Shown here: piece after piece, positions 63,316 through 64,000 of the stretch
Layout of the letters: each line of letters starts with the position of its first letter
How positions within the stretch are numbered: the stretch's first letter is position 1
Origin: Lingula anatina
Lineage: Eukaryota; Animalia; Brachiopoda
Reading direction: 5' to 3'
NCBI GenBank assembly: GCA_051362555.1
Contig: CM120642.1
Span: 12,958,001 to 13,022,000 of the forward strand
Length of the DNA: 64,000 nt
Notes under the pieces: model-generated
Told to the model about the DNA's origin: nothing
The model's database searches: none
Seen by the model: the letters and a program-made list of their open reading frames with translations, nothing else
Program-made: the position numbers and the translations under genes

Positions 63316-64000
63316 TTAGATTGATGGGAGGTTCCTTTCAACCAGCTGCAGATCTTTGAGAGGCTTTGCTATATTGCGTAAAAGATATGTCTTAAATTTT
63401 AACATGGTGGGATCAAAGGTATAATTCTTCAGAGCTTCTTTACAAGGAGGCAGATGATACGCAGTGGCATATTTGTCAAAATGACATTTTTTGTAGTGTT
63501 GATTCATTCCAAACTTTTCGTGCACTTGAACAGAATGGCGGGTTTTTTCCAGCTTTTCTGCAATTTTCCAGCAGTAATGATTATGTACATTTCTGCAAGC
63601 CATTGGATCAATGATACTTTTAGTTGACGTCCCAACTGGCGTTAGTTCTCTCAAATGGTAGGTCTGACGTAACGTTAACGTGACTTGTGGCTCTGACGTA
63701 TTCTGTGGTAGTTCAGAAAAGTAATACACATTTCTGAAGTTATACATGCGATGTGGATGCCTTGGCTTCGTCTCCTTTTCGATGGCGTCTATAAGTTCAG
63801 AATAAGTCATCATATTTCCACGAGGAACTATCATTTCGTCTAAATCTGTGATGACGATTTTTCCATATCTGTACATGTTCTTATACATACAGTCATTAAG
63901 CACAGGGGTAGCCATTAGATGAAACATGATTTCTCCGTCCTCCGTCATGGGCCGGGGTACCCTCGTGTAAGTTAAGACCCCCTGCTGGTGATAGTATAAG
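63316..64000 (-). CDS. Glycosyltransferase family 92, copy 2 (3' part, continues beyond window)
   Basis: Near-identical to the C-terminal half of copy 1 at an offset of about 6.0 kb. The frame is open to the window edge. Confidence 0.92.
   Translation of the reverse strand, partial: LYYHQQGVLTYTRVPRPMTEDGEIMFHLMATPVLNDCMYKNMYRYGKIVITDLDEMIVPRGNMMTYSELIDAIEKETKPRHPHRMYNFRNVYYFSELPQNTSEPQVTLTLRQTYHLRELTPVGTSTKSIIDPMACRNVHNHYCWKIAEKLEKTRHSVQVHEKFGMNQHYKKCHFDKYATAYHLPPCKEALKNYTFDPTMLKFKTYLLRNIAKPLKDLQLVERNLPSI

Overview
AT-rich, intron-rich animal genomic DNA, probably a marine invertebrate (lophotrochozoan-like, inferred). Ordinary content in order: 3' part of a Sushi/CCP membrane protein (+), a cyclic-nucleotide-binding-domain gene (-), a secreted C-type lectin (-), PGRMC (-), a STRA6-like gene (+), two tandem GT92 glycosyltransferases (-) and a first exon of an Rv2258c-like methyltransferase (+). 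There are many MITEs, two Helentron-type elements and a LINE fragment. The standout is a head-to-head gene pair at 22.7-31.6 kb. I reconstructed by hand a 5-coding-exon, 409-aa protein with a degenerate HAD-like domain plus a ComF-type phosphoribosyltransferase domain (-). Opposite it is a 243-aa circularly permuted SLOG (DprA/YpsA/LOG superfamily) protein (+). This domain pairing mirrors the bacterial ShosTA / DprA-PRTase anti-phage modules, but here it has spliceosomal introns, CpG-depleted gene bodies, an apparently shared promoter and a perfect IRF-element match. Family assignments come from motif recognition, not database searches.
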